Assembly: GCA_023437745.1 (NCBI GenBank)
Contig: JAEZFI010000045.1
Span: 1 to 62,439 of the forward strand
DNA: 62,439 bases
Reading direction: 5' to 3'
DNA from: Actinomycetes bacterium
GTDB lineage: Bacteria > Actinomycetota > Acidimicrobiia > Acidimicrobiales > Microtrichaceae
The notes under the pieces were generated by a model. It had not been told where the DNA came from and searched no databases. It was given only the letters and a program-made list of their open reading frames with translations. Made by a program: the position numbers and the translations under genes. This document shows, piece after piece, positions 1 through 10,252 of this stretch. Within the stretch, counting starts at the first letter, position 1, and the number at the start of each line of letters is the position of its first letter.

Positions 1-1
1 G

Positions 2-367
2 GCGCCCCGCCGCCGGGCGAGGGCGTGGGGGCACCTGGATGCGCCGCGGCTCGAGTTCTCGGGTCCGGAGATCGAGGTCGCGCCCCGTGCCGCGTCGGAG
101 AACACGGCGGTGGACGCGCCGGCGACCGTGACCGCCGCGCCGCCCGAGGTCGAGCCGCCCGACGTCGAGCCGGTCGTCGCCGTGCCGGCGGTGGCGCCGC
201 CTGCGCCAGAACCCGAACCGGAGCCTGAACCCGAACCGGAGCCCGAACCGCCGGCCGACGACCTCGCCGGGCTGCTGAAACCCAAGGGCGGGTTGCTCGG
301 ACGGGCGTTCGAGGCGACGGGACCTCAGCGCTCCGCGCTCACCGAGGTCGCCCCGCCCGACGACTGA
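2..367 (+). CDS. 3' end of a CDS entering from upstream; Pro/Glu/Ala-rich with an (EP)7 repeat
   Basis: The frame is open from base 2 to TGA at 365-367 with high third-position GC. The track only shows the 110..367 part. No family recognised. Confidence 0.4.
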   Translation, partial: APRRRARAWGHLDAPRLEFSGPEIEVAPRAASENTAVDAPATVTAAPPEVEPPDVEPVVAVPAVAPPAPEPEPEPEPEPEPEPPADDLAGLLKPKGGLLGRAFEATGPQRSALTEVAPPDD

Positions 368-1584
368 GCCACTCCGATGTCGAGGCCGTCGTGGAGCGCT
401 GGCGGCGCTGCCCCGACCGGGCGTCGTCTACCGCCCGTCGACAGGGCGACGGCGCCGACCACCAACATGGACACGCCCGTCGCGGTGAACGCGGCGAAGC
501 CGCCCCACGCGTCGTAGAGCGGCGCCATCGACACCGCGGCGAGCCCGGCGGCACCGATGCCCATCGCCCCGCCGAGGCCCTGGCCGGTGCCGAGCTCCTC
601 GGGCTCGCACGCCTCGGCCATCGCCGCCTGCGCGGCGGGCGCGCCGATCGCGTTGGCGAACGCCTCGGGGATGGACACGGCCGCCAGCAGGCCCGGACGT
701 CCCAGGAGCCCGTACCCCACGACGCACGGGACGATCGCCACGAGGCTCCACCACGCCGAGCGGATGGCGCCGACGCGGTCGATCAACCGGGTGCCGAACA
801 GCGCGACCGCCACGTACGGGATGCCGTAGATGCTGAAGCTCAGCCCCACGAACAGGGAGCTGGCGCCGAGGTCGGTGAGATAGCGGGCCCAGAGCACGTC
901 GTAGGTGCCGACCGGCAGGAACAGCGCGAGCTGCAGCAGGGCCGCACGGCGGACCGGACCCTTGGCGACCACGCCGCGCAGGGTGGCCCGGCGGGTCTGC
1001 TGGTGGCGTTGCTCATCGAGCCGGCTGGTGTCCACCCGGGTGAGGCCGACGGCGAGCGTGAGGCTCACCACGGCCAGGATCCAGAAGGGCGCGTCGAGCC
1101 CCCACCACTGGCCGAACACGGACCCCATCAGCGGTCCGACGACGATGCCGGCCAGCTCGCCCGCCGACAGCATCCCGAGGTTGGCGCCCATCCGGTCGGG
1201 GTCCTCGGCGGCGGCGACCGCACGTGCCGCCGGCCCGAACAGCGCGTAGCCGAGCCCTTCGATGAAGCGAGCGCCCATGAACTGCCAGAGGGTCTCGGCC
1301 ACGGCGACCCACACGAGACCTGCGGCGCACACCAGCGCAGCGGCGATCAGCATCGTCCGGGCGTACCCCCGGTCGACGAACCGCGCGAGACCCAGCTGGG
1401 CGATCAGCCCGGCGGCGAACGCCATCGCCGAGATCACGCCGATCTCGCCCGTCGAGAGGTCGTGCGCCTCCTGGATGTCGGGCAGCAGCGGGAAGATCAC
1501 CGCGACCGACCCGAGCAGCACGAAGTTCGCGAGGGCCAACCCGGCCACGGTGCGCGACGGTCCCCGCGTCGTGGTCGGGCGCAT
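325..1584 (-). CDS. MFS transporter
   Basis: 419 aa with ATG start and about 12 hydrophobic segments. The sequence has typical MFS character (GLIAQLGLARFVDRGYAR loop). Confidence 0.8.
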   Translation of the reverse strand: MRPTTTRGPSRTVAGLALANFVLLGSVAVIFPLLPDIQEAHDLSTGEIGVISAMAFAAGLIAQLGLARFVDRGYARTMLIAAALVCAAGLVWVAVAETLWQFMGARFIEGLGYALFGPAARAVAAAEDPDRMGANLGMLSAGELAGIVVGPLMGSVFGQWWGLDAPFWILAVVSLTLAVGLTRVDTSRLDEQRHQQTRRATLRGVVAKGPVRRAALLQLALFLPVGTYDVLWARYLTDLGASSLFVGLSFSIYGIPYVAVALFGTRLIDRVGAIRSAWWSLVAIVPCVVGYGLLGRPGLLAAVSIPEAFANAIGAPAAQAAMAEACEPEELGTGQGLGGAMGIGAAGLAAVSMAPLYDAWGGFAAFTATGVSMLVVGAVALSTGGRRRPVGAAPPALHDGLDIGVAQSSGGATSVSAER

Positions 1585-1633
1585 GCTGCTCAGTCTGGCC
1601 GGGCGCTCCCCGGGGCCACGAGCGGATCGGGGC

Positions 1634-4102
1634 TCAGGCGGGGCCCAGCACCCGCCGCAGCACGACCTCGACGAGCACGAGGAGCCACGCGGCGAGCGAC
1701 ACGAGACCCACGGCCACCCAGATCCCGAGGGAGGGCGGGAGGTCGAGCTCGAAGTACCGGCGTCCCGGACCGGTGACGATCGCGGCCAGGACGGCGGCGC
1801 ACATGGCCCCGACCAGCAGGCCCTTCCACATCACGAACGGGCGCGACGTCCGGATGAGGACGAGCATGCCCACGCCCGTCAGCACCAGCGCGGCCGTGGT
1901 CTGGGTCTGCGCCTCCGACAGCTCCGGGCGGGTCCTCGCCCAGACGTAGGCCACGAGCGTCGCCGTCGCCGCCACCACACCGGACGGGACCGCGACCCGC
2001 GCGACGCGGCCGAAGAAGTTGCCCCGCACCCGATCGGCGTTGGGCGCCAGGGCCAGGAAGAAGGCGGGCACGCCGATCGTGAACGTGCCGACGAGCGTGA
2101 GGTGACGGGGGAGGAAGGGGTACGGGATGCCCGACACGCCCGCGACGAGCGCGATGAGGATCGCCCAGGTGGTCTTGGTGAGGAACAGGCTCGCCACCCG
2201 CTGGAGGTTGTTGATGACCTTGCGCCCCTCGGCGACCACCTGCGGCAGCCCGCTGAAGTTCGAGTCGAGGAGGACGAGCTGCGCGACGGCCCGCGTGGCC
2301 TCCGAGCCCGACGCCATGGCGATGCCCACGTCGGCGTCCTTCAGCGCGAGCACGTCGTTCACCCCGTCGCCGGTCATCGCCACGACGTGGTCCCGGGCCT
2401 GGAGGGCATGCACCATCGAGCGCTTCTGGTGGGGTGACACCCTCCCGAACACGGTGGTCGCGGCGACGGCGTTGGCGAGCGGCTCCGGGTCGGTCGGCAG
2501 CGTGCGGGCGTCGAGCACGTTGTCGGCGTCGTGGAGTCCCGCCCGCGCCGCCACGGCCCCCACCGTGATGGGGTTGTCGCCGCTGATGACCTTGAGCGTG
2601 ACGTCCTGGCGGGCGAAGTAGTCGAGCGTGTCGGGGGCGTCGGGGCGGATCTGGTCCTCGATCATCACGAGCGCCGCGGGCTCGAGGCCGGACGGGAGCT
2701 GCTCGCCCGCGAGGGGTTCGTCGGCGTGGGCGACGGCGAGGACGCGCCGCCCGTTCGCCGCCTCGGCGCCGATCTCCTCGGCGAGGTCCCGGTACTGCGC
2801 CTCCGACATGACCATCTCGGGCGCTCCCACCACCCACGAGCCGTGCCCCTGGAACGACGTCGCCGACCACTTGCGCGCCGAGCTGAACGAGACGGTCCCG
2901 TCGACGACCCAGTCGTCGGGGGCGGCGTCGAACGCGCCCTGCAGGGCGAGCTGCGTCGCGTTGGGGTGCGGGTCGCTCCAGGCGATGGCGGCGAGGGCGG
3001 CGCGTGAGGTCTGCTCGTCGGGGCCATCGGGCAGGTCCCGGATCTCCGCCACGTCCATGTCGCCCGAGGTGATGGTGCCGGTCTTGTCGAGGCAGACGAC
3101 GTCGACCCGCGCCAGGATCTCGATGGCAGGGAGCTCCTGGACCAGCGTGCGGCGCCGAGCGAGCCGCACGACCCCCACGGCGAACGCCACCGTCGTGAGC
3201 AGGATGAGCCCCTCGGGCACCATCGCCACCACGCCACCCACCGTCGTCACGAGCGACTCCCGCAGCGAGGCGTGGTCGTTCCGCAGCGCGCTCCAGAGCA
3301 GCACCGCGCCGGTGGGGATGAGCGCCCACGCGACCCACGTGACGATCTTGTTCACGTTGGCCATCAGCTCGCTCCGGGAGAGCGTGAAGCGGCGGGCCTC
3401 CTCGGCGAGGCGCACGGCGTAGGCGTCGGCTCCGACCTTGTCGACCTGCGCCCGCCCCGTCCCGGCCACCACGAAGCTGCCCGACATGATCTCGTCGCCC
3501 ACGGACTTCACGACGGGATCGCTCTCGCCGGTCAGGAGCGACTCGTCGACCTCGAGGTTGGACGTCGTCGAGACGACGGCGTCGGCGACCACCTGGTGGC
3601 CCGGCTGCAGCTCGATGATGTCGTCGAGCACGATCTCGTCGACCGACATCGTCCTGACCTCGCCGTCGCGCACGACCAGCGCCTTGGGTGCGGACAGGAC
3701 GGCGAGTGCGTCGAGGGTCCTCTTGGCCCGCAGCTCCTGGACGATGCCGACGAGCGCGTTGCCCACGACCACGCCGCCGAACAGCGCGTCCTTGTAGGCC
3801 TGGCACGCCAGGACGATGGCGAGCAGCACGGACATCAGCAGGTTGAAGCGGGTGAAGATGTTGGCGCGGAGGATCTCCGGCACGGTCCGGGACGGCGCGG
3901 CGGGCACCTCGTTCGTGAGGCCCTTGCGCACCCGCTCGGCGACGGCCGCTGCGTCGAGCCCGGTCGCCGGATCGGTGGTCGGCCGGCTCGACGGGGCCGG
4001 CCCGGCGGTGGGCGTTGCGTCGACGGTGGTGCCGGTGTGGGGGGCCGGGACGGTCACCGCGACAGGGTAGGCGTGGGCCGACCCACCGACGCGAGTGACC
4101 AC
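1634..4102 (-). CDS. Cation-translocating P-type ATPase (P2-like, HAD-IC family)
   Basis: 822 aa. Motifs seen are DKTGTIT phosphorylation, MVPEGL in TM4 and TGDGVNDVLALKDADVGIAM hinge. There is no CPC heavy-metal motif. Confidence 0.9.
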   Translation of the reverse strand: MVTRVGGSAHAYPVAVTVPAPHTGTTVDATPTAGPAPSSRPTTDPATGLDAAAVAERVRKGLTNEVPAAPSRTVPEILRANIFTRFNLLMSVLLAIVLACQAYKDALFGGVVVGNALVGIVQELRAKRTLDALAVLSAPKALVVRDGEVRTMSVDEIVLDDIIELQPGHQVVADAVVSTTSNLEVDESLLTGESDPVVKSVGDEIMSGSFVVAGTGRAQVDKVGADAYAVRLAEEARRFTLSRSELMANVNKIVTWVAWALIPTGAVLLWSALRNDHASLRESLVTTVGGVVAMVPEGLILLTTVAFAVGVVRLARRRTLVQELPAIEILARVDVVCLDKTGTITSGDMDVAEIRDLPDGPDEQTSRAALAAIAWSDPHPNATQLALQGAFDAAPDDWVVDGTVSFSSARKWSATSFQGHGSWVVGAPEMVMSEAQYRDLAEEIGAEAANGRRVLAVAHADEPLAGEQLPSGLEPAALVMIEDQIRPDAPDTLDYFARQDVTLKVISGDNPITVGAVAARAGLHDADNVLDARTLPTDPEPLANAVAATTVFGRVSPHQKRSMVHALQARDHVVAMTGDGVNDVLALKDADVGIAMASGSEATRAVAQLVLLDSNFSGLPQVVAEGRKVINNLQRVASLFLTKTTWAILIALVAGVSGIPYPFLPRHLTLVGTFTIGVPAFFLALAPNADRVRGNFFGRVARVAVPSGVVAATATLVAYVWARTRPELSEAQTQTTAALVLTGVGMLVLIRTSRPFVMWKGLLVGAMCAAVLAAIVTGPGRRYFELDLPPSLGIWVAVGLVSLAAWLLVLVEVVLRRVLGPA

Positions 4103-4195
4103 GCGGCGTGGTCGAAGAACACCGCTCCGTGACTCTCCGACGCTACCGTGGCCCCGGGCGCCACCAGGTGGCGACGGAGAAGGGACCGGGTACGC

Positions 4196-5836
4196 ATGGC
4201 ACGTTCACGTCGATGGGTGGGGATCGCGGCGGTCGCGGCGGTCGCAGTGCTGGCCGCGAGCTGCGGCGACGACGACGGGGGGACGGGGGCGACGGACGTC
4301 GAGGACGCCACCGGGCGGGGCGCCGCCAGCTCGGGTCCCGCGCCGGAGGCCATCACCGTCCTGATCCCGAAGTCCATCGACACGTTCGACCCGCACCTCT
4401 CCTTCTCGGAGGACGGCGCCCAGCAGTTCATGCTGTTCGTGTACGACACCCTCGTCCGCCGGAACCTCGACGGTGAGATCGAGCCCAGCGTGGCGACCTC
4501 GTGGCAGCTGCTGCCCGAGGGTGAGGCGCCGACCTCTGCGGTGTTCACGATCCGGGAGGGGGTCACCTGCTCCGACGGCACGCCGATGACGGCGGACCTC
4601 GTCGCCCGCTCGTTCGAGCGCTTCGCCCAGGACGGATCGGGGACGGCTCGCATCTTCGGTCCGGGCGGACCCAAGTCGATCACCGCCGACCCGGCGGCCC
4701 GCACCGTGACCTTCGAGCTGAACGGGCCCAACAACGACATCCTGACGGGCCTCGCCAACAGCGGTCAGATCATCTGCCCGAAGGGGCTCGACGATCCCGC
4801 CTCGATGCAGACGGTCGATGCGGCGGGCACCGGCCCCTACACCCTCCGGCCCGGGTTCACGAAGGACGACGAGTACGTGCTCCAGCGCCGTGACGACTAC
4901 GCGTCGCTGCCCGAGAACACGAGGATCACCGACATCCCGAAGGTCATCACGCTGAAGCTGGTGGTCGAGGACACGACGGCCGCCGACCTCGTCGAGAAGG
5001 ACGCCAACACCGTTGCGGGGATCCTCTCCACCGATGTCCAGCGACTCCGCGAGAACTCCGACCTCGTCAACGTCCCTGCGGCGGCCTACGGGACCAACGC
5101 GGTGGTCTTCAACCAGCGCGACGGCGAGCCGTTCACCGACCCGGCGCTGCGCAAGGGCGTCGCCATGCTGATCGACTCGGTGCAGGGCGGCACCGCCGAG
5201 ACCCAGGGCCTCGGCAACCCCATCCGGACGCTCTACACGGACAACATCGACTGCTTCGATCCGTCGAACGCCACCGCACTGCCGGCCTTCGATCCGGCGG
5301 CCGCTGCGACGGCGCTGGACGAGGCGGGCTACCGGAAGGGCCCCGACGGGTTCCGGACCAAGCCCGACGGGTCGCCCCTGAAGCTGCGGGTCGTCGGCGA
5401 CAACACCCAGTTCAAGGCGCCCGACTACATCGCGCAGGCGCTGCGCGACGGCGGCTTCGACGTCGACCTGAAGGTGGGCATCCGCACCGAGTCGTACGCC
5501 CGCTTCTTCGTCGGTGAGTACGACCTCGGCTCCTACCCGTTCGTGTCGGGGACGCCGCTCCCGGCGCTCTACTTCAACCAGGTGTCGGGGACGGGGGCGC
5601 TGGACAACCTGTCGAAGATCAAGAACGAGCCGTATGTCGCCGCCGGCACCGCGGCGTGGGCGGCGCCGCCCGACTCCGATGAGCGCTGCGCCAAGTGGCA
5701 GGAGGGGGAGCGTGCCCTCCTCGAGAACGCCGACACGATCCCGCTGGACCAGCCCGTGAAGTACTGGTTCGGCAACGGCGTCACCTTCGACGCCGTGTAC
5801 TACAAGATCCTCCCGTTCTCGATCCGCTCGGCGTGA
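4196..5836 (+). CDS. ABC transporter substrate-binding lipoprotein (peptide/nickel family 5)
   Basis: ORF 4148..5836. The internal ATG at 4196 gives MARSRRWVGIAAVAAVAVLAASCGDDDGG, a lipoprotein signal with Cys. The body is family-5 SBP-like. Confidence 0.85.
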   Translation: MARSRRWVGIAAVAAVAVLAASCGDDDGGTGATDVEDATGRGAASSGPAPEAITVLIPKSIDTFDPHLSFSEDGAQQFMLFVYDTLVRRNLDGEIEPSVATSWQLLPEGEAPTSAVFTIREGVTCSDGTPMTADLVARSFERFAQDGSGTARIFGPGGPKSITADPAARTVTFELNGPNNDILTGLANSGQIICPKGLDDPASMQTVDAAGTGPYTLRPGFTKDDEYVLQRRDDYASLPENTRITDIPKVITLKLVVEDTTAADLVEKDANTVAGILSTDVQRLRENSDLVNVPAAAYGTNAVVFNQRDGEPFTDPALRKGVAMLIDSVQGGTAETQGLGNPIRTLYTDNIDCFDPSNATALPAFDPAAAATALDEAGYRKGPDGFRTKPDGSPLKLRVVGDNTQFKAPDYIAQALRDGGFDVDLKVGIRTESYARFFVGEYDLGSYPFVSGTPLPALYFNQVSGTGALDNLSKIKNEPYVAAGTAAWAAPPDSDERCAKWQEGERALLENADTIPLDQPVKYWFGNGVTFDAVYYKILPFSIRSA

Positions 5837-5891
5837 TCGCTCGAAACGCGCCCAACTCACACACCCCGCCGGGTTCGGCAGTGGCGGTCCC

Positions 5892-6857
5892 GTGAACGAC
5901 GGTTGGGGGCGCTTCCTCCTCCGCCGGTTGGTGCGCGTGGTGGTGGTCGCGCTCGTGCTCGTGACGGTGGTCTTCGTCGCGGTGCGGCTCGTCCCCGGTG
6001 ACCCCGCGGTGAAGGCGATCGGCACGCTCGGCGAGCTCAGCGCCGAGGAGCAGGACCGCGTGATCGAGCGGACGCGCCAGGACCTCCACCTCGACGAGGC
6101 CCTGCCGGTCCAGTACGCGCGGGCCGTGAAGTCCGCCGTCACGTTCGACTTCGGCACGTCGGTCGAGAAGCGCCAGCCGGTTCGCACCGTCGTGGCCGAT
6201 CGCCTCTGGTCGACCGTCCGCCTCGCCCTGGCCGGCACGCTCGTGGTCGTCGGTCTGGCCGTGCCGCTCGGGATGCTGGTAGCGCTCCTCACCGACGGCA
6301 ACCGGCGCAAGGGGCTCGAGCTCGGCTTCGGCGCCGGCACCGGGTTCATCGGCTCGATCCCGCCCTACGTGCTGGCGGTGCTCCTGATCTACGGCTTCGC
6401 GTACTCGCTCTCGTGGTTCCCGCGCGTGCCCGAGGGCTCGTGGACCGACGAGGTCCTGCCCGCCCTGGCGGTGGGGCTCGGGCCGGCGCTGCTGCTGGCC
6501 CGGGTGGTGCGCCTCGAGACCCTCGGGGTCCTCGCCCAGGACTACGTCCGCACGGCCCGGAGCAAGCGGCTCCCGTCGTGGCGGATGATGACGCGTGACG
6601 TGCTGCCCAACGTCCTGACCCCGGCGATCACCATCGGCGGCGTGATCTTCTCCTCCCTGATCGGCGGCACCGTCGTGGTGGAGGGGATCTTCAACCGGAA
6701 CGGTCTGGGCAGCGCGCTGGTCGCCGCGATCCAGGTGGGCGACTTCCCGGTGGTCCAGGCGATCGCGCTGCTCATCGGCTTCGCCGTGGTCGTCGTGAAC
6801 ACCCTTGCCGACGTGGCCATCGCGGCCATCGATCCCCGCACGACGGTGGCGGCGTGA
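5892..6857 (+). CDS. ABC transporter permease (DppB/OppB-like)
   Basis: 321 aa with GTG start, multi-TM, binding-protein-dependent transport inner membrane component pattern. Confidence 0.85.
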   Translation: MNDGWGRFLLRRLVRVVVVALVLVTVVFVAVRLVPGDPAVKAIGTLGELSAEEQDRVIERTRQDLHLDEALPVQYARAVKSAVTFDFGTSVEKRQPVRTVVADRLWSTVRLALAGTLVVVGLAVPLGMLVALLTDGNRRKGLELGFGAGTGFIGSIPPYVLAVLLIYGFAYSLSWFPRVPEGSWTDEVLPALAVGLGPALLLARVVRLETLGVLAQDYVRTARSKRLPSWRMMTRDVLPNVLTPAITIGGVIFSSLIGGTVVVEGIFNRNGLGSALVAAIQVGDFPVVQAIALLIGFAVVVVNTLADVAIAAIDPRTTVAA

Positions 6858-7762
6858 CGGGCGCTGCGACACGACGACGGGGCGGCGCGCTGCGCGCCCT
6901 CGTCAGCTCGCCCACCGGGATCACGAGCCTGGTGGTGCTCGCGCTGATCATCGGACTCGCCGTGATCGGACCGCCGATCTGGGGTGAGAAGGCCACCACC
7001 ACCGACTTCGGCGCCATCCTGCGTGAGTCCTCGAACCAGCACCCGCTCGGGACGGACGGCGCCGGTCGGGACATCCTCGCCCGGACGCTGGTGGGCACGC
7101 GGCTCTCGCTCGTGCTCGCGTCGGTCGCCACGGGCATCGCGGCGCTCACGGGGCTGGTCCTCGGCTCCCTGCTCGTGACGATCGGCGGGCGCGTGCAGCG
7201 AGCCGGGATGACGGTCATCGACACCTGGCTCGGCTTCCCGTCGATCCTCCTGTCGGTCCTCGTCATCGCGGTGCTCGAGCCGGGCGGCCTGGCCGCGGCG
7301 GTCGCCGTCGGACTCTCCTTCGCACCGTTCTTCGCCCGGCTGACGGTCACCTCGACGGCGGGCGTCGTCGACCTCGACTACGTCGTGGCGGCGCGCCTGC
7401 TCGGCCTCCCACGCCGCCGGATCGCGATCCGCTACGTGCTGTCCAGCGTGTCGGACTCGCTGGTGGTGGCGGTGTTCTCGATGTTCAGCCAGTGCCTGAT
7501 CGCGGTGTCGGCGCTGAGCTTCCTCGGGCTCGGCGTGCAGGCGGAGGTCGGCGCCGCCGAGCTGTCCAACATCGACTGGGGGCGAATGCTCAACGACAGC
7601 ATCGGCGACTTCCGCCAGCGCCCGGCCGGCACGCTCGGTCCCGCGGTGGCGATCGCCGTCTGCGGCCTGGCCTTCGCCTGGTTCGGGGACGCACTCGGTC
7701 GTGCGCTCAACCCGCAGCTGCGTGGCGTCCGCCGGCTCTCGCGGCGCGAGGTCGTGGCATGA
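6854..7762 (+). CDS. ABC transporter permease (DppC/OppC-like)
   Basis: 302 aa. It has a GTGA overlap with the upstream permease and is multi-TM. Confidence 0.85.
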   Translation: MTGAATRRRGGALRALVSSPTGITSLVVLALIIGLAVIGPPIWGEKATTTDFGAILRESSNQHPLGTDGAGRDILARTLVGTRLSLVLASVATGIAALTGLVLGSLLVTIGGRVQRAGMTVIDTWLGFPSILLSVLVIAVLEPGGLAAAVAVGLSFAPFFARLTVTSTAGVVDLDYVVAARLLGLPRRRIAIRYVLSSVSDSLVVAVFSMFSQCLIAVSALSFLGLGVQAEVGAAELSNIDWGRMLNDSIGDFRQRPAGTLGPAVAIAVCGLAFAWFGDALGRALNPQLRGVRRLSRREVVA

Positions 7763-8778
7763 CGGAGCAGCCGGAGCAGGGTCAACCCGTCCTGGAGCTC
7801 GCCGACCTCACCGTGGGCTTCGGGCACGGGGGCGCGACGGAGGTCGTGCACGGTGTCGCCCTTCGGATCGACGCCGGGGAGATGGTCGGCATGGTGGGCG
7901 AGTCGGGGTCGGGCAAGACGATGACGGCGATGGCCGCCGCCGCGCTGCTCCCCAGCGGCGCGACGTCCTCGACCTCGACGTGGCGCTTCGAGGGCCGAGA
8001 CCTCCGCACCGCGGACCAGGGGGCGCTCGCCGACGCGCTCGGCGGGCGGCTGGCGGTGGTCTTCCAGGACCCCATGTCGTCGCTGAACCCTGCGCGGCGC
8101 ATCGGCGCCCAGATGGGCGACGTGGTCCGGGTGCACGGAGGGCGGACGCGGGCGGAGGCGCTCGCCGACGCGGTCGACCGGCTGCGACGGGTGCGCATCG
8201 CCCATCCCGAGCAGCGGGTCCGGGACCACCCCCACCGCTTCTCCGGTGGCATGCGGCAGCGGGCGATGATCGCCATGGGCCTGATGAGCACCCCCCGGCT
8301 GCTCGTCGCCGACGAGCCCACGACAGCGTTGGACGTGACCGTGCAGGCCGACGTGATGGACCTCATCACGGAGTTGAACCGCAACGAGGGGACTGCGGTG
8401 CTGCTGGTGTCCCACAACATCTCGCTGATCGCCGAGGTGTGCCACCGGGTCGTGGTCATGTACGCCGGCCGGATCGTCGAACGCCTCGACGTGGCGGACC
8501 TCCAGCGGGCGCTGCACCCCTACACCCGGGCGCTCATCGGGTCCGTGCCCACCCTCGACGGGCCCCGCGACGAGCCGCTCCCGACGATCCCCGGCAGCCC
8601 TCCCGACCCCTCGGACCTCCCGGCGGGATGCGCGTTCGCCGACCGGTGCCCGCTGGTCGAGGAGCAGTGCCGCACGGAGGTCCCGCACCTCGTGGCGCTC
8701 GACGGGGGCGACGACGACCGGCAGCCGGCGGTGGCCTGCCACGTCGCAATACGAAAGACGACGGGAGCTGCGACGTGA
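7759..8778 (+). CDS. ABC transporter ATP-binding protein (DppD/OppD-like)
   Basis: Internal ATG at 7759 (ATGA overlap with the permease stop) gives MTEQPEQGQPVLELADLTV. Walker A GESGSGKT, signature FSGGMRQR and a C-terminal oligopeptide-type extension are present. Confidence 0.85.
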   Translation: MTEQPEQGQPVLELADLTVGFGHGGATEVVHGVALRIDAGEMVGMVGESGSGKTMTAMAAAALLPSGATSSTSTWRFEGRDLRTADQGALADALGGRLAVVFQDPMSSLNPARRIGAQMGDVVRVHGGRTRAEALADAVDRLRRVRIAHPEQRVRDHPHRFSGGMRQRAMIAMGLMSTPRLLVADEPTTALDVTVQADVMDLITELNRNEGTAVLLVSHNISLIAEVCHRVVVMYAGRIVERLDVADLQRALHPYTRALIGSVPTLDGPRDEPLPTIPGSPPDPSDLPAGCAFADRCPLVEEQCRTEVPHLVALDGGDDDRQPAVACHVAIRKTTGAAT

Positions 8779-9764
8779 TGCTGCACGTGGAGCGGCTGAC
8801 CGCTCGCTATCCGGGCTCGGACGTCGACGTGATCAGCGAGGTCGGCCTGGAGATCCCGGCCGGCGGCGCGCTGGGCCTGGTGGGGGAGTCGGGTTCCGGC
8901 AAGTCCACGGTCGCCCGCGCGATCCTCGGCCTGCTGCCCCTCAGCGGCGCGTCCCGCGTGGTGGTCGACGGTGTCGACACGACGATGCGGGGGCCGGCCG
9001 AGACGGCGCACCTCCGCCGCCGGGCGCAGATGGTGTTCCAGGATCCGAACGCCTCCCTCCATCCGCGTCTGCGGGTCGGGGCCGCCGTCGCGGAGGCGGC
9101 GGGCGTCGTCCCGGGACGGACGCGCTCGGAGGCGGCGCAGGAGGTGCCGCGGCTGTTCGACCTGGTCGGCCTGCCGGCGCGGCTCGCCGACCGCTACCCC
9201 TTCGAGCTGTCCGGTGGCCAGCGTCAGCGCGTGGCGATCGCCCGGGCGCTGGCGGCGGACCCGCGTCTCCTGATCCTCGACGAGGTCACCGCCTCGCTCG
9301 ACGTGTCGATCCAGGCGACCGTGCTCAACCTGCTGCGCGACCTGCAGGAGGACCTCGGCCTGACGTACCTCGCCATCTCCCACGACCTCGCCGTCATGCG
9401 GCACCTGTGCGACGAGATCGCAGTGATGGAGGGCGGGTCGGTCAAGGAGCGTGCCGGAGCGGAGCGGCTGTTCGCCTCGCCCCGCCACCCGTACTCGGCA
9501 GCGCTGCTCGACGCCGTCCCCCGGATCGGTCGGTCGGAGCCCCGGACGTTCGTGCTCGTCGGCGAGCCGACCGACGCGGCGCACCGCCCGCCGGGGTGCA
9601 GCTTCCACGGGCGTTGCCCGGTCGGACCGGAGGTGGTGGCCGAACGTGCCCGCTGCCGTGAGGAGGTCCCGGAGCTGCTCGGGTCGCCGCACGCGGTGGC
9701 GTGCCACTACCCGTTGGCCGTCGGCGAGGGGGTCGACGACACGTTGCCCCGCGAGCACGCCTGA
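8778..9764 (+). CDS. ABC transporter ATP-binding protein (DppF/OppF-like)
   Basis: ATG at 8778 overlaps the upstream stop (GTG 8775 is also in frame). Walker A GESGSGKST, signature LSGGQRQR and a C-terminal Cys-containing tail are present. Confidence 0.85.
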   Translation: MLHVERLTARYPGSDVDVISEVGLEIPAGGALGLVGESGSGKSTVARAILGLLPLSGASRVVVDGVDTTMRGPAETAHLRRRAQMVFQDPNASLHPRLRVGAAVAEAAGVVPGRTRSEAAQEVPRLFDLVGLPARLADRYPFELSGGQRQRVAIARALAADPRLLILDEVTASLDVSIQATVLNLLRDLQEDLGLTYLAISHDLAVMRHLCDEIAVMEGGSVKERAGAERLFASPRHPYSAALLDAVPRIGRSEPRTFVLVGEPTDAAHRPPGCSFHGRCPVGPEVVAERARCREEVPELLGSPHAVACHYPLAVGEGVDDTLPREHA

Positions 9765-9776
9765 GCTCCGACGAGC

Positions 9777-10199
9777 TCAGGTCCCTGTCATCCCCCAGCC
9801 GTCACCGGCGTCCATCCGGCACCACACGACCTTGAACTGCGGGTGCTCCTCGACGCCCCACTCCGAGGTCATCGCGTCGACGAGGCGGAGACCCATCCCG
9901 CCCGGCGTGCTGCGGTCGAGGTCGCGCAGCTGAGGCACCGTGCCGGGTGCGAAGTCGGTCACCTCCAGGCGGGCCTGGAGCGCAGCCGGGAGGGAGCACC
10001 TGAGCTCGAAGGCGGTCCCGGCGTGGAGCACGGCGTTGGCCGCCAGCTCCGACACGACCAGCCGGGCGCGGTCGACGGCGGCGGGCGGCCAACCACTGGA
10101 GGCGAGCGTCTCGGCCACCAGCTCACGAGCCGACCTGATGTGCTCGACTTCTGCTTCGAACGCGACGCGCATGTCTCTATCGGTGTGCGGCCGGGACAT
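9777..10199 (-). CDS. RsbW-like anti-sigma factor / HATPase_c_2 serine kinase
   Basis: This is the C-terminal 140 codons of track ORF 9777..11573, from ATG 10199 (alternative ATG 10172). VVSELAANAVLHA and GGMGLRLV match the GHKL fold of partner-switching kinases. Confidence 0.65.
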   Translation of the reverse strand: MSRPHTDRDMRVAFEAEVEHIRSARELVAETLASSGWPPAAVDRARLVVSELAANAVLHAGTAFELRCSLPAALQARLEVTDFAPGTVPQLRDLDRSTPGGMGLRLVDAMTSEWGVEEHPQFKVVWCRMDAGDGWGMTGT

Positions 10200-10252
10200 C
10201 TCACCTCGATTCGGACCGCGGGCGTCATCGCGATACCCGGGTGGATGCGTCG

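Noticed and set aside
391-1776. Many long Arg/Pro/Gly/His-rich ORFs run antisense to, or out of frame with, recognisable genes. Examples are 391..1776, 1590..3806, 4205..6349, 12316..14025, 14171..16999, 34436..37117, 43966..45111, 47834..49714, 56845..58458 and 58727..61096.
   Set aside because: These are typical shadow ORFs of GC-rich DNA. They have biased, low-complexity translations with no family resemblance, and each overlaps a frame with clear homology-type motifs and the expected third-position GC pattern.
4188-4193. GGGTAC box next to the SBP gene start, plus GGGTAC boxes at 32843-32848 and 14819-14824 (minus strand).
   Set aside because: The first is only 2 nt from the ATG, so it cannot be a -10 for that start. 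The other two lack a convincing -35 at 14-17 nt. They are not counted as motif instances.
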